From NCBI RefSeq assembly GCF_006345805.1, contig NC_043007.1:75454001-75518000 (forward strand): a stretch of 64,000 nucleotides of DNA. Reading direction: 5' to 3'. Shown here piece after piece: positions 38,796-52,023 of this stretch (positions are counted from its first letter, which is position 1; the number at the start of each line of letters is the position of its first letter). Under the pieces are notes generated by a model, which ran no database searches, was not told the origin of the DNA, and saw nothing but the letters and a program-made list of their open reading frames with translations. This stretch comes from Octopus sinensis (lineage: Eukaryota). A program made the position numbers and the translations under genes.

Positions 38796-39170
38796 TATGA
38801 ATGCAATGTCTGTGCAAGACCCTGCCTCAGTAAAGCTGGACTCAAGAGTCATCTTCGTAGTCATAAAGTGAGACAGATGAGTGACAACCTGGCCACTGGT
38901 GGTGGTGTAACACACCATACTAATCATATCTGTCGGGCATGCGGAAGAGAGTGTAATTCGGCAGGAGGACTTAAACGACATTCAAAGGTACATGAAGCCC
39001 AGTTACAACTACAGCCGGCTATTACCATTAAAGGTTTTAGTTGTCAATTTTGTACAAGACATTGTAGATCTTTAGCTGAGCTAAAAAGTCACATTCGATC
39101 ACAGCACCAGTAACAGTTAAGCTTCGTGCAATGGCCATACTCGATAACGAGGTGGCAGCCATAATAATAA
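38796..39170 (+). mobile_element. 3' end of an RTE-like LINE encoding three C2H2 zinc fingers
   Basis: Fingers CNVC..SHLRSH, CRAC..RHSKVH and CQFC..SHIRSQH, no TGEKP linkers. Short 3' UTR GGCCATACTCGATAACGAGG and (ATA)n tail. The 5' end starts in a (TA) tract. Confidence 0.65.
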
Positions 39171-39379
39171 TGTATGAATGCATGTATCTCACAGTCTGGT
39201 GTAACAAGTCTTACATTGATTCCTCAGATTTATGTGAGGAGGAGAAAACAATGGATGGTGGTGCTCCAGTACTTAGATTCAAGGTGTGGCTGGCAAGTAT
39301 ACTTGGGTGAGTTTGTGCATATAAGGGCAGGAGGGAAAAAAAATTCACTTTTAAAGTTTAGGTAGATGGTGAGTGGAGA

Positions 39380-39745
39380 GAGTTCTTTAGTACAATCCTT
39401 TTCTCTGCAAAGCAGAGCCCATTCTTTCTATTACTGTTAAATGAAGGTCTAAGTGTTCCAGCATCCACCACTTGATGATGTAATGTGCAATATACTCCTT
39501 CAATATCCATATATGCTTCACTAGAGATGTGGCATTTTGCCTCTCTTGGATATTAAACAGGGACTTGTGATTGCTGAATCTGGTCCTGAAGGACCAGATT
39601 CTCAATGCCAGTTGCTCCATTGGAATCCTTTGATACTACTTCTCCCTCATACATAATGGTTTCTGTATTGCAAAGGTTGTTAAGTCGACAGGTGATGTTA
39701 CTTCTGCATGAGCAGCCTGTACATACTCCTGCACATTCATTGTTG
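39380..39745 (-). pseudogene. Penelope-like element GIY-YIG endonuclease remnant
   Basis: CSCRSNITCRLNNLCNTETIMYEGEV... followed by FRTRFSNHKSLFNIQERQNATSLVKHIWILKE. Confidence 0.75.
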
Positions 39746-40045
39746 GAGGCACATGGCCTAGTAGTTAGAGCAGCGGACTTGCGGTTGAGGGATCGCAGGT
39801 TCGAATCTCAGACCGGGCGATGTGTGTGTTTATGAGCGAAACACCTAAGCTCCATGTGGCTCAGGCAGAAGGTAATGGCAAACTTCTGCTGACTCTTTTG
39901 CCACAACTTTCTCTCACTCTTTCCTCCTGCATCTTGCACCTCACCTGCGACGGACCGGCGTCCCATCCAGGTGGGGAACCTATACGCCAAGGAAACTGGG
40001 AAACTGGCCCTAATGAGCCAGGCATAGCTTGAGAAGGAACAAACA
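39746..40045 (+). mobile_element. SINE type 3
   Basis: Sister of 7897-8192. Confidence 0.88.
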
Positions 40046-41086
40046 TCAACATTCATAGTTCCACTGAGATGCACACATTTTCATAGGTCTGTTGTGCTAC
40101 TACTGGATTGGTTACTTGTTTCTCTGGAATCAGCCAAAGGATACAGACACCTCTGGTAGGACCTCAATAAGGACTGAAAATCAATTAAGAGTGTTAATCA
40201 GTTTCCAATCAACGGAATTATAGATAAACTTGATTTGTTCCTATGTCTACATCTCTCTCTCTCTCAGCGAAATTTAGGTTAGTTAAAATGTTAGTGACAT
40301 GTTTTAACTCCTAAAGGCAAATTCACTGCAGTTACTGTGGAGAAAAAACTCTCTCTTATAGTAAATAGATATTAAAAACACCATATCTGTCCAGTGTTGC
40401 CCTCCTCTTATTCCCAGATGCTGTACTTCTAGCTTTTTAGCCATTGTCAGCACTGGACAGGTATGGTGTTTTTACACCTTTTTACCATAAGAGAGAATTT
40501 TTTCACCTTGGTAACTGCAGTGAATTTGCTTTTAGAAGTTGGAAAAACTAAGCTACGGGCATTAGATTTCTTGGAAAGAGGATCAAATGTATATGAAACA
40601 AAGACAGGATGCCACATGAATATAAATACAAGAAACAAAAAATAGAAATAAAAAACAAGAATAGTAATAACAGGACAAAACAGTGGGTGTCTTACGACTT
40701 CAGACAATTTTTAACTTATCTTGGCTTGCGGCAAACGAAGACAACAGTGTTAACATGGCAGTGGTCAAGCTGGAAAGACCAGTGAAGGCGGTCACATGAG
40801 AGGACGGAAGAAAGAGAAAGAAAAGCAGGGGGCAAGGAATCAAAGAGAGAGAGAGAAAGAAAGGGACGAAGGCACCAAGGGGGAGAGAGAGAGAAGGAAG
40901 GAGTTAAAGAGGGGAGAAGAAACAGGATTGGCTTAGCAATAGAAATAATGGTGCAAAGTAAGAAAGATGGAGAAATGTGATAGAGTGGAGGAAGAATCAG
41001 AGGCAAGGAAAGAGAAAGACACAGACTATAGAGAAAGTGTGTGATATATATTTACAGGAAGTTAATTAGTTAATTATATGGCTGAT

Positions 41087-41155
<69 letters not shown>

Positions 41156-41244
41156 GGAGTTTAACAAGGGAAAATACACACATCTATTTATATATATAAA
41201 TATATATATATTTTTACAGGAAGTTAATTATATGGCTGATGCCG

Positions 41245-41292
<48 letters not shown>

Positions 41293-41949
41293 CAGGAAAT
41301 TAATTAGTTAATTATATGGTGGCCAGTTGTAAAGTGGCCAATGGTTTTGCATCTTTAAAGCATTTAGCCTTTTAGACGACCTGTGAAACCGCAACTGCTG
41401 TGGACTTATAATCTCCACAGCCATTGGTGTCTGACAAGTTGTCTATAAGGCTAAGCGCTTTATGGAAGTGAAACCATTGGTCACTCTATGATTGGCTGCA
41501 TAATTAACCTCCTGTAAATACACTACTGCTCAGACGTTTAGAGTGTGCTTCTTTTTCACTGATGTTTTACATATGTATATACACACACATACAGACACAA
41601 AGACGTGGTAAATCTCCTAAAGTGTCCATTTTCACTTCACTAGTATCCCCATCATGTACACACACGTGCTAGGTGTAAAAATATCTCTGGTAATTTCAAA
41701 CCAACAAAACTCCTGGTTCTCACAACATCCCTGCCATTATCATTAAACAATTGACCCTAGACATAACCTGTATCTTTGCCAACCTCTTCAATTTCTCTCT
41801 CCCACCTCTCTCTTTCCATTCCTCACTCTCACGTTCCCTCTCCCTCACTCTTTATTGATCAATTCTGGTCTTTTGAAACACACTATAGTATGTCCCATTT
41901 TCAAAAAGAGCCCAAGACTCTAACCTTACCAGTTATTGTCCTAACTCAC

Positions 41950-42400
41950 TTTCAACACCTCAAAGCTATGCCAACAGCCTTTAATAACAACCTTCTCTAA
42001 AATGACCATGACCACAGCATTTGTAAAGCAAGGTATACTGAAAATATTTTCTCCCATGCTACTCACTAGTGCGCCATTGTTAAATTTGGTGAAAATACTG
42101 CTGTGTCTTGCATGCAAATTTCCTAAAAAAACCTGTTCACCAATTGACTCTAGCCACCTTCTTGTTTCATAGATCAGCGATTTCCAGTCATATTGCACCA
42201 TCATGCCACATGCTGGTAGAGCACTCACCCACCCACATGTTACTAATTCCCATGCGCCCAAGACTCAATCTTCTCTCCTCCTTCCCCACACTCTTCTTCT
42301 TACAAACCAATGACCTACATGGGATAATTTGCAGTAGTATCTACTCCTATACAGATGAAGCATCCTATATCTTTTTGTAAGGTTCTGAATTCAAGCATCA
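41950..42400 (+). pseudogene. Degenerate CR1/L2-like RT fragment
   Basis: FPTLFFLQTNDLHGIICSSIYSYTDEAS resembles PTLFLLFINDL...IHSYADDST. Confidence 0.45.
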
Positions 42401-43902
42401 TCCACATGTAACAAGACGCCCCCCCCCCCGATCATATCTCAACAGTTGTCTCGAAAACATCCTTCAATGAAATTATACCAATCTTGTCTTCCTCAACACA
42501 AAGATGCAGTCACTACACCAAACAAGCAAGTAGTATCACATCCCTCTCAAATAATGAACAGCTGGCAACTAGAATCCTCAAGGTCGTTAAAAATCCTAGG
42601 CCTTAGGATTTTTACACATGTTACATCTTAATTTTGTATTTTAAACAAACTGTTTTGTTCTCCCTTTATGATTCATTAGTTAAATACTGGAATTGATTTG
42701 TTTGACTAAGACCCCTTCAAAGCAGTGCTCCAGCATGACTGTAGTTTAATGACTGAAGCAAGTAAAAGATAAAAGATGTACCGTTTTTGAAATATTATAC
42801 CACCACTCCCCATATTTTAGTCATGTTTAGATGTACATATTTTACTGCAGTCATTGAACAAACTATTCAATGTTCTCTTTTGTCTTTGATGGTTCTTATT
42901 CATATTCACTGTATCATTTGACATTTTTATTATTTGTCCAAAATTTTGTATTGTACTCTATTGAAAATATTCATTGTACTTACTATAGTGCATGTTTAAT
43001 AGTAATATTTTGCTAAAATATTACAATTATTTGAATGGTTTTCTTTATTTCATTTTGTTTCTGATTTGCTAAAATTTATCTACAACACATTTCTATTTAT
43101 ATTAGTAATATTTTAATAAATATTTTTCTAGCTCTGTAGCTGCCCTGCCAATTATATTTTGTTACTAGTTTCTAAATCATTTTTCCATTTTGATTTCAAT
43201 TCAGCAATACACACTTTTGAAATAAAATTTCTGCCAAACTTTTCTTCTTCAGCCCTGTCACTCCTTTCACACACATCATGTGTTAAAATACCTCCGATTG
43301 CTTCAAACCAATAAAGTCATAAGCCTTGGTAATGCCCTTCAAATTTGTGTGCTTCATAGTTAACCCCTGACATAACTCTTCAAGCTTTCCCTTTCCTAGA
43401 ATATATCCCAAATCTTGAAATGGTTACATAGACAGGAACAATCTCTCTAATCTCTCTGATCTCTCTGAACTATCAACTTCTCATATGTGATAGATACAGC
43501 TGTTTTTAACTATTTTCTCCAATACTTTGAGTCTTTCTTCTTTTTTCCCTCTCAGTGACAGCCAGCAAAGCTTCTGTTTAACCAGATCTACCAGGGTAAA
43601 GTATTTGTTTTTATCTGTCACTCAGTAGTGGCCCATCATCCTTAAGACGTTCAATGAGACAACCATACTTGATGGCATATAAGATGCACTCACTCCACCT
43701 CCAAAAAATGTCTTTAAAAAAATGTCACTTCAGGTCCTATATGCAACACTGGGCGATTATTGTTTTAATGCACTAAACTCTTTTTCCTGAATATGTGCTG
43801 CTGCAATGGGGGTATGTTTAAAATGCTCATGCATCTTTTATGCCATTAAATATAGAATTGTTATTGTATCTAAACTCACCAGCAACGCTCTTACATTACT
43901 TA

Positions 43903-44960
43903 TATTAGGTCATCAAGTATGAAATTTGTAGAAAAGAAAAACTGTTTGCTAATGTTTTATAAAAGGAATAGTTTTCTTCATCAAACTATGCACCCATATT
44001 GTCAATACACTTTTGCCATTTCAGCAGTAGCATGTCCAGCTCAGAACTGTAAAAGCCTGGCAATAAAATCTTTGAAGGCCTGTTTTACAACATCGTTGGA
44101 ATTAAATTTCTCTCCTATCAAAAAGTTATCCAAATTCTGGAAAAAGTGGTAGTCAGTGGGGACATGATCAGGTGAGTATGGTGGATGATGGAGAACTTCC
44201 AACTCCAACTTCTGTAGTTTTGCCAATGTCATTTTTGCGATGTGTGGTCTGACGTCGTCTTGCAATAAAATAGGAGTGGATATGTTGTAAGTTACTGCAT
44301 CATTTGGTCCAGCTGGCTGCAGTATACTTCGGCCGTGATTGATGGGCCAGGTTTAATGAAATCATAATGGATCACACTTGCGCCAAACCGCCAAACACAC
44401 ACCATCAGCTTCTTTTAATGAATTTTGCTTTTTGGACTATGTTTTGGTGGCTTGTCTTTGTCTAACCATTGTGCTGAATGTTTATGGTTGTTGTATTGGA
44501 TTCATTTCTCATCACATGTTACAATTTGATTCAAAAATAATTCATTTTTGTGATAAGAAAGTAGCATAATGCAGGCTTCCAAACATTGCTGTTTCTGATT
44601 TTCATTGAGTTCATGTAGAACCCACTTATCCAAATTTTCACTGTACCGATTTGAACTAGGTGAATCAATATTGTTTGCTTGCTAACACCAAACAACAATG
44701 ATAATTCAAGGGCACTTTGACATGGATTTGACTCAATGGTGACTTCCAGTTCATCATTATCCACTTTTGATTCTGGTCGACTATGTTGCTCAGTTGTGAG
44801 GTCAAAGTTACCAGAATGAAATTTTGCAAACCAATTTGATACTGTCTGCTGTGTAATTAGAATGAAATACTCCATTAATATTCTGAGCTGTCTGTGATGC
44901 TGTATTTCCAAGAAAGAACTCATATTTCAAAACTGTACAAATTTCCAACTTATCCATATG
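43903..44960 (-). mobile_element. Degenerate mariner (Mos1/Hsmar-like) transposon
   Basis: HTH part (VSNWFAKFHSGNFDL) and catalytic part (QDDVRPHIAK...HHPPYSPDHVPTDYHFF). TA-TTAGGT terminus at 43903. Confidence 0.85.
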
Positions 44961-44984
44961 TATATATATATATATATATATATT

Positions 44985-45019
<35 letters not shown>

Positions 45020-45020
45020 A

Positions 45021-45232
45021 AGTTAAACCAAACATGAAAACACAAAGAGAAAATACAACAACGTGAGGACATGGAACAAGTATAGAGTTATTGGACGCTC
45101 AGGAAAGGAAAGAAAGAAGGAGAATTTAATGTTTCGAGCAGAGCTCTTCATCAGAAACATAGAAAAAGGAAAGATTCAAGGAAGGGAAGACGCAGGAAAA
45201 TAAATCGCCAACGATACACACGCGGTCACATA
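45021..45232 (-). mobile_element. ~200-bp hammerhead-containing element (Penelope pLTR/retrozyme-like), copy A
   Basis: Homologous to 51780-51973 and 57731-57925, and flanked by (TA)n. Confidence 0.75.
45124..45158 (-). ncRNA. Minimal type I hammerhead ribozyme
   Basis: Minus strand GTTT-CTGATGA-A-GAGC-TCT-GCTC-GAAA-C-ATT|AAAT. Confidence 0.75.
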
Positions 45233-45279
45233 TTGAATATATATAAAATGGGGGGAGGGGCGTTTTGCTTGTATATATA

Positions 45280-45373
<94 letters not shown>

Positions 45374-45898
45374 TCTTTTATTCTTTTACTTGTATCAGTC
45401 ATTTGACTGTGGCCATCCTAGAGTACCGCCATTAGTCGAACAAATCAATCCCAGGACTTATTCTTTGTAAGCTTAGTACTTATTCTGTTGGTCTCTTTTG
45501 CCAAAACACTAAGTTATGGGGATGTTAACACACCAACATAGGTTGTCAAGTGATGGTGGGGGACAAATACAGACACAAATATATACATACATATATATGT
45601 CTATATGAGTTAGAGGTTAAACAACCATCTAAGGGATAATAAATATCCAATATACTACTGGATGTATACCTATGTATTCATATGCAAGTGCTTGCTGTTG
45701 CAGGGCAGTAGTGCAATTGAATAATAGGTATGAGTGGGGGTTAAGCAGAAATTTACCCAGAATTTATAAGGCAAATATGAAAATGGAGAGGATAATCAAT
45801 CAATAAACATCAGCCAGTAAACATTCATTGGCATCTATTTATTAATTAATTACAATCATAAGTATATGAAAGGGACGTGTGTACGTGTGTGTGTGTGT

Positions 45899-45933
<35 letters not shown>

Positions 45934-45990
45934 CATACATCAATATATATGCATAGATCTTTTTTGTATGTATATGTGCATGTGTGTGTA

Positions 45991-46024
<34 letters not shown>

Positions 46025-46339
46025 GGTGAGTGAACGTGTGTTCTCATGTATGTGTAAGTGGCACTCTTTCACTCTCTCTCTCTCTCTCTCGCTCTCTCTG
46101 ACACACACACACACACATATCCCTTTCATATACATGTTCATACATTTTTCACTTTCTCCTCTCTTTCACTCTAAAACAAAAGTAAATAAATAAAATGTTT
46201 TTACTAATATTAAGGAACAAAACAGCTGATCCGGATGACAATTCATTGACAACTTTCAGAGTTATAATGAAACATAGCCGCTGCTTATTATCTATCTACC
46301 AAATAAACTGCTTTTCACTCAACAGCTCTTTTTTACAAC

Positions 46340-47209
46340 CAAAAAGGAAGGTCAACGCATAACTATTCGCCAAATAGCCCATAAGGTCAAGATTAGTACT
46401 GGGTCTGTGGAAACTATCATTCATGACCATTTGCATATGCAAAAGGTGTCTGCCAGATGGATTTCCAGGTTGCTCACACCTTTCCAGAAGCAAGAACGCA
46501 TTGAGTGCTCGAGGATGAATTTGGAGATGTGCCAAGAAGATGAGTCAAAATTTTTCAAAAGACTGATCACACAGGATAAAACCTGGGTCCATCACTATGA
46601 TCCATAGACCAAAGCCCAGTCAATGCAGGGAAAGCACCGTGACTCACCTCCTCCAAAGAAGGCAAGGGTGCAGCCCTCCGCTGACAAGGTTATGCTCACA
46701 GTCTTCTGGGACCAGGACGGAGTAGTGATGACAGATTTCCTGGCAAAGCGTACCACAATTACAGGAGCCTATTATGCTTCACTTTTGAGGAAATTAAGAG
46801 AAGCTATCAAAATCAAGAGGCGGGGCAAGATCAGCAAAGGCATCCTCCTCCTGCAGGACAACGCTCCGGTCCACAACTCGCGTGTCGCCAGATCAGAAGC
46901 ACAGGCGTGCAGCTATGAACTCCTCCCCTTGCACCCTCTGATTTTCACCTCTTCCCAGCCATGAAGTTGATTTTGAAAGGAAAGCGTTTCCCAGATGATG
47001 CAGCCTTGATTTCTGAAGTCATGTCGTGGTTGGAGGACCAAGCTGGGGTCTTCTACAAAAACGGTCTCCAGAGCTGTATCAAACGATGGGAGAAATGCAT
47101 AACTCTGAGTAGTTCCTATGTAGGAAAAGACTAATAACTGTGCCAAGTGTCGTTGCTCTACTGCTATGGGAAGTGGGTCAGGGGCATTACTTATTGAATG
47201 CCCCTCGTA
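46340..47209 (+). mobile_element. 5'-truncated mariner transposon
   Basis: KVSARWISRLLT, ITQDKTWVHHYDP, VMLTVFWD..., LLQDNAPVH. The right TIR ends ...TTATTGAATGCCCCTCG-TA. Confidence 0.9.
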
Positions 47210-47346
47210 CACATAAATATTGTATTAAAATAAGCCACAATAAAAAAATTGCATTAAATGACATCAATTTCTCTGTATGTTATGAGGAAATACAGTCGCT
47301 CTCTCTCTCTCTCATGCACAAAAAAGTTGTATGCTTATGTATTTAC

Positions 47347-47433
47347 GGGCGAAGGTAAAGAATATGCACACGTGGTGTTTAGGGTTAGGGTTACGCTAAA
47401 AATGTGAGGTGTACAAATTCTTTACCTCCGCCT
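47347..47433. mobile_element. Small MITE-like element with ~25-bp inverted termini and internal TTAGGG repeats
   Basis: GGCGAAGGTAAAGAATATGCACAC versus GTGTACAAATTCTTTACCTCCGCC, with TTAGGGTTAGGGTTA inside. Confidence 0.55.
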
Positions 47434-47591
47434 ATTTATGTATGTGTATATGAAAGATGTGTGAGTGTGTATGTGAGAGAGAGAGAACGAGTGAGTGATA
47501 CTTACACATACATGCAAGAAATTCATACATCATAACATACACTTTCACCCACTCACTCACTCACTCACTCACTCACTCACTCACTCACTCA

Positions 47592-47640
<49 letters not shown>

Positions 47641-48950
47641 ACACATATCCATTTCATATACACATACATCTTTCACTTTCTCCTCTCACTTCAAAGCAAA
47701 TGTTGCCTTTTCACTTTATCCTCTCAATTTCTGCTCTCTTCAAAGCATAAAGAAATTAAAAGAATTTTACAGAAATTAACAAAATATATTCCATATATGT
47801 TGAGTTGACAACTTTGCTTCTTCAAATGAAAGAATGCCATAAAATAACTTCTTTTGACACACACACACACACACATGCACACACACATGCACACACACAC
47901 ACACACACACTAGGTAAAACTTCTGTGTGAATTATGTTATTTCTTTCAGTGTGCACAAGCAAATTTAAAGCTCAAATCCAATTGAAATGATCTTTTTCTA
48001 TTGTTTAATTTGTGTTTGTGATGAGTGTATTTAAAAACCTGGTCTTCGATACAAACTTAAAAGAAAGTTTTCCCAGAAATCCTGATCTTTACCTCTTCTT
48101 TCTAGCATGTCCGAAATGACATTTCTGCTCCCTCGCCTTATATTTTTTACTAAATTTCTTCCGATTCTAAGTTTGCGTTACAGGACATTAGGATTTCACC
48201 CACAAAATACGTTCTCAATATTTTGATTTTCTCCCTCTCCACACCAAATTCATTTTTTCCTTTTTTCAAATATTTTTTTCATGGTAATCCATGGAGGAAA
48301 AACAAAGAGTACAAATCTTTGAGAATTTTACCCATCACCTCACCACTTTCAAAATGCTTCTTCAGGAATAATGTTGTCCTGTTACTTCTAGCATGTCGGG
48401 TTTTCTGGCAGTGGCCTGGTATTTTTTAAGTTTGCTAATTCAGTAGAATTCTACACATGCGGGAAACATCAGACAAAAGTGAAAGCAAGAAGGTGATGGG
48501 TGGGAGAGGTGGGAGAAGGTGTATTGAGTGTTTCTTTAAGAAAAATTAAACTATAAGAAATATATGTATTTCCCAGATTTGTAATGTCTGTATATTTCTA
48601 TAGATAAAAAAATTAGATAAAAAAAAATTCAAAAATGTTGCAAATGAAGAAATTACAGTGAGGAAGGGGGGAAATTAAAATTTTGCAAACTTGATTTCTG
48701 GACAAAATTATATTAATCCCTCTTTTATACAATGAAACAATACATAGTTTGTGATCCTTCTTAAGAACAGAAAGCACTTTCATGCAAACTCATACAAATT
48801 GTGCCCTCCCACTTCACTTTTAAATAAACAATAACTTCCGTTATGCCATTAACATATATCAGTGGTGCTGATTCTGCTCATAAGAAAGGAGCGAATAATA
48901 CAATGTGCCTGTAGATCAAACCACCTCGGCAATGCCGAGATGCATTGCTA

Positions 48951-48992
<42 letters not shown>

Positions 48993-49384
48993 GAGAGTTT
49001 GTGTGTGTGTGTATGTGTGTGTGTATGTCCCTTAGGCATTCCAAAACAGAATTGCCAATTTTGGCGTGTCAAAAGATTCAGTAAGCTTTTGGCTACCAAC
49101 TAAACCATATTTTCATTCACATATTTGCATTACAAAAGTTTATCATTTTTCTTTTAGTCACCTTTCATAAATGACATCTTTTACCACCACTACCACAACG
49201 ACGATGATGTCAAATTTTCTATATAAGTGTGTTTGTGTGTTTGTTACCTATGTTAGGCCAATGACTGACAAGTATATGTGTGTGACGGTGTATGTGTCTG
49301 TCAGTACAGTTTACGTACATTTTTGTGACGACTGACACACACACACACATCTAAAGACAGAAGCAGACACACACAGGCTTGAGG

Positions 49385-49770
49385 AGACCTATTGAGTCAT
49401 GTACATCAAAATCAAATCAAATCACATTCAATTGGAAACTGTAGTCGTGATCCCTGTGCCAGTGGCACATAAAAAGTACTAACCGAATGTGGCCAATGCC
49501 AGCACTGCCATGACTGGCTTCCGTGCCAGTGGCACATGAAAAGTACCATCTGATTGTGGTTGATGCCAGACTCTGGCCCCTGTGCCAGTGGCACGTAAAA
49601 GAGCACCCACTACACTCTAGGAGTGGTTGGTGTTAGGGAGAGCATCCAGCTATAGAAACACTGCCAGATCAGACTGGAGCCCGTTGCAGCCTCCTGGCTT
49701 CCCGGATCCCAGTTGAACCATCCAACCCATGCCAGCATGGAAAACAGACGTTAAACGATGATGATGATGA
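49385..49770 (+). mobile_element. RTE LINE 3'-UTR fragment
   Basis: Minisatellite units and an (ATG)n tail. Confidence 0.8.
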
Positions 49771-49847
49771 TTATATATATATATGATGATATATATATAT
49801 ATATATGTATATACATACACATATATATACATACATATGTATATATA

Positions 49848-49878
<31 letters not shown>

Positions 49879-50345
49879 CATCATCATCATCGTTTAACGT
49901 CTGCTTTCCATGCTAGCATGGGTTGGACGGTTTGACTGAGGAGTGGCGAACCAGATGGCTGCACTAGGCTCCAGTCTTGATCTGGCAGAGTTTCTACAGC
50001 TGGATGACCTTCCTAGCACCAACCACTTCGAGAGTGTAGTGAGTGCTTTTATGCGCCACCGGCACGAGGGCCAGTCAGGCAGTACTGGCAATGGCCACAC
50101 TCAAATGTTGCTTTTTATGTGCCACCTGCACAGGAGCCAATTCAGCGGCACTGTCAACGATCTTGCTCGAATGTTTTTTCATGTGCCACCAGCACAAGTG
50201 CCTGTAAGGTGACGCAGGTAACGATCACGCTCGAATAGTGCTTTTTACGTGACACCAGCACAGAAGCCAGTTTGTTGTTCTGGCAACAATCACGCTTGGA
50301 TGGTGTTCTTAGCGCTCCACTGGCACGGATGCCAGTCATCGAATT
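49879..50345 (-). mobile_element. RTE LINE 3'-UTR fragment
   Basis: (CAT)n tail and about 5 minisatellite units. Tail-to-tail with the 49385 copy. Confidence 0.8.
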
Positions 50346-51170
50346 TGATTTCGATAAACCCTCAAATTTATTACTGTGTAGTCTTGTACTTGTATTGGTT
50401 TAAAACTGACACAAGGCCAGCAATATCAAGAAAGCAAGGGAGTCGATTACATCGATCTCAGTGATCAATTGCTACTTATTTTATCGACCCTGAAATGATG
50501 AAAGGCAAAATCAACCTCGGTGACATTAGAACTCAGAATGTATAAGGCGAACGAAGGACCGCTAAGCATTTTGCCTGGTGTGCTAACAACTCTATGGGCA
50601 AAGTGTGTACATGCACGTATGGAGAAACAGAAAGTAAGGGAAAGAGAGTGTGTCACTGAGATTCTGTATTTGTTTGCATATTGTCTTTGTTCGCTGAAAT
50701 GCTGGAAGTAAATTCAACATGGGTGGATCACTTATAAACGGATGAACGTCACTGATGACTTACAGTCAGCCTATTGTCTCTCTCTCTATTTATAACTCAA
50801 GTGTCAGCGAATAGATGTCATAACGCCAAAAGAAACCAAATTAACCCCATAACACTTAGATTAAATTTAAGGAGAATACATATTAAAGTATTTAACGCTT
50901 TCTTTTATTTTGTTTTCGTTGGTGGTGGTGGGGTCAGCGAGTCCACAGAAAGGTGATGATTTGGTTTAAGGAGCCACATTGTGAATGATTGTACACAGAA
51001 AAAGAAACTAGTTCAATGTGCAACGCAGTGGGATTGGTCCTGCACGAAACTCTCTGACCTTGAGTCACTGCGTTACTGCAACTAAATATTAATAAAAATA
51101 TACGTATACATATATTTTGAATTCTGTTTTTCCTGTTTGCATCAACATACCAATATATATATATATATAT

Positions 51171-51770
51171 GTAAAATACTCCAATGCGACCGTACGACAG
51201 GCACCCATGCCAACCCCCTTTGCTTGTGAAGACATGTTGGGGCAAGCGAAATCGAAATCGAATTGAACCAGCCAGGATCCCTGGTCTGGTGGTACGTAAA
51301 AAGCACTATCCGACTCGTGGCCGTGGCACGTAAAATACTCCAATGCGACCGTACGACAGGCACCCTTGCCAACCCCCTTTGCTTGTGAAGACATGTTGGG
51401 CAAGCGAAATCGAAATCGAATTGAACCAGCCAGGATCCCTGGTCTGGTGGTACGTAAAAGCACTATCCGACTCGTGGCCGATGCCAGCACCGCCTCGACT
51501 GGCTTCCGTGCCGGTGGCACATAAAATACACCAATCTGACCGTGGCCGTTGCCAGCCCCGCCTGGCACCTGTGCAGGTGGCACGTAAAAAGCACCCACTA
51601 CACTCACGGAGTGGTTGGCGTTAGGAAGGGCATCCAGCTGTAGAAACATTGCCAAATTAGACTGGAGCCTGGTGCAGCCTTCTGGCTTCCCAGAACCCCG
51701 GTCGAACCGTCCAACCCATGCTAGCATGGAGAACGGACGTTAAACGATGATGATGATGATGATGATGATA
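51171..51770 (+). mobile_element. RTE LINE 3'-UTR fragment with an internal ~158-bp tandem duplication
   Basis: GTAAAATACTCCAATGCGACC...CGACTCGTGGCCG at 51171-51328 and 51329-51480. (ATG)n tail. Confidence 0.85.
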
Positions 51771-51779
51771 TATATATAT

Positions 51780-51969
51780 GACCTCATGTGTACCGTTGGC
51801 GATTTTTTTCCCTCTTTCTTCCCTTCTCTGGATCTTTCCTTCTCCTATGTTTCTGACGAAGAGCTCCACTCGAAACATTAAACCCTCCTTCTTTCCTGAG
51901 TGTCCAATAATACTATATTTGTTCCACGTCCTTGCGTTGTTGTGTTTTTTTGTGCTTTCTTGTTTGGAT

Positions 51970-51973
<4 letters not shown>
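51780..51973 (+). mobile_element. Hammerhead-containing element, copy B
   Basis: Homologous to 45021-45232. Confidence 0.75.
51849..51883 (+). ncRNA. Minimal type I hammerhead ribozyme
   Basis: GTTT-CTGACGA-A-GAG-CTCCA-CTC-GAAA-C-ATT|AAAC, with perfect stem I GTTT/AAAC. Confidence 0.72.

Positions 51974-52023
<50 letters not shown>

Noticed and set aside
38751-39113. Host C2H2 zinc-finger gene
   Set aside because: No splice acceptor or credible start (the ATG lies in a microsatellite), no TGEKP linkers, and it ends in a retroelement-type UTR and (ATA)n tail.
43190-43620. Coding-like minus-strand stretches (e.g. YILGKGKLEELCQGLTMKH; WFEAIGGIL...ISKVCIAELKSKW)
   Set aside because: They are interrupted by stops and have no motif I can assign. 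Possibly a decayed TE, but unsupported without a search.
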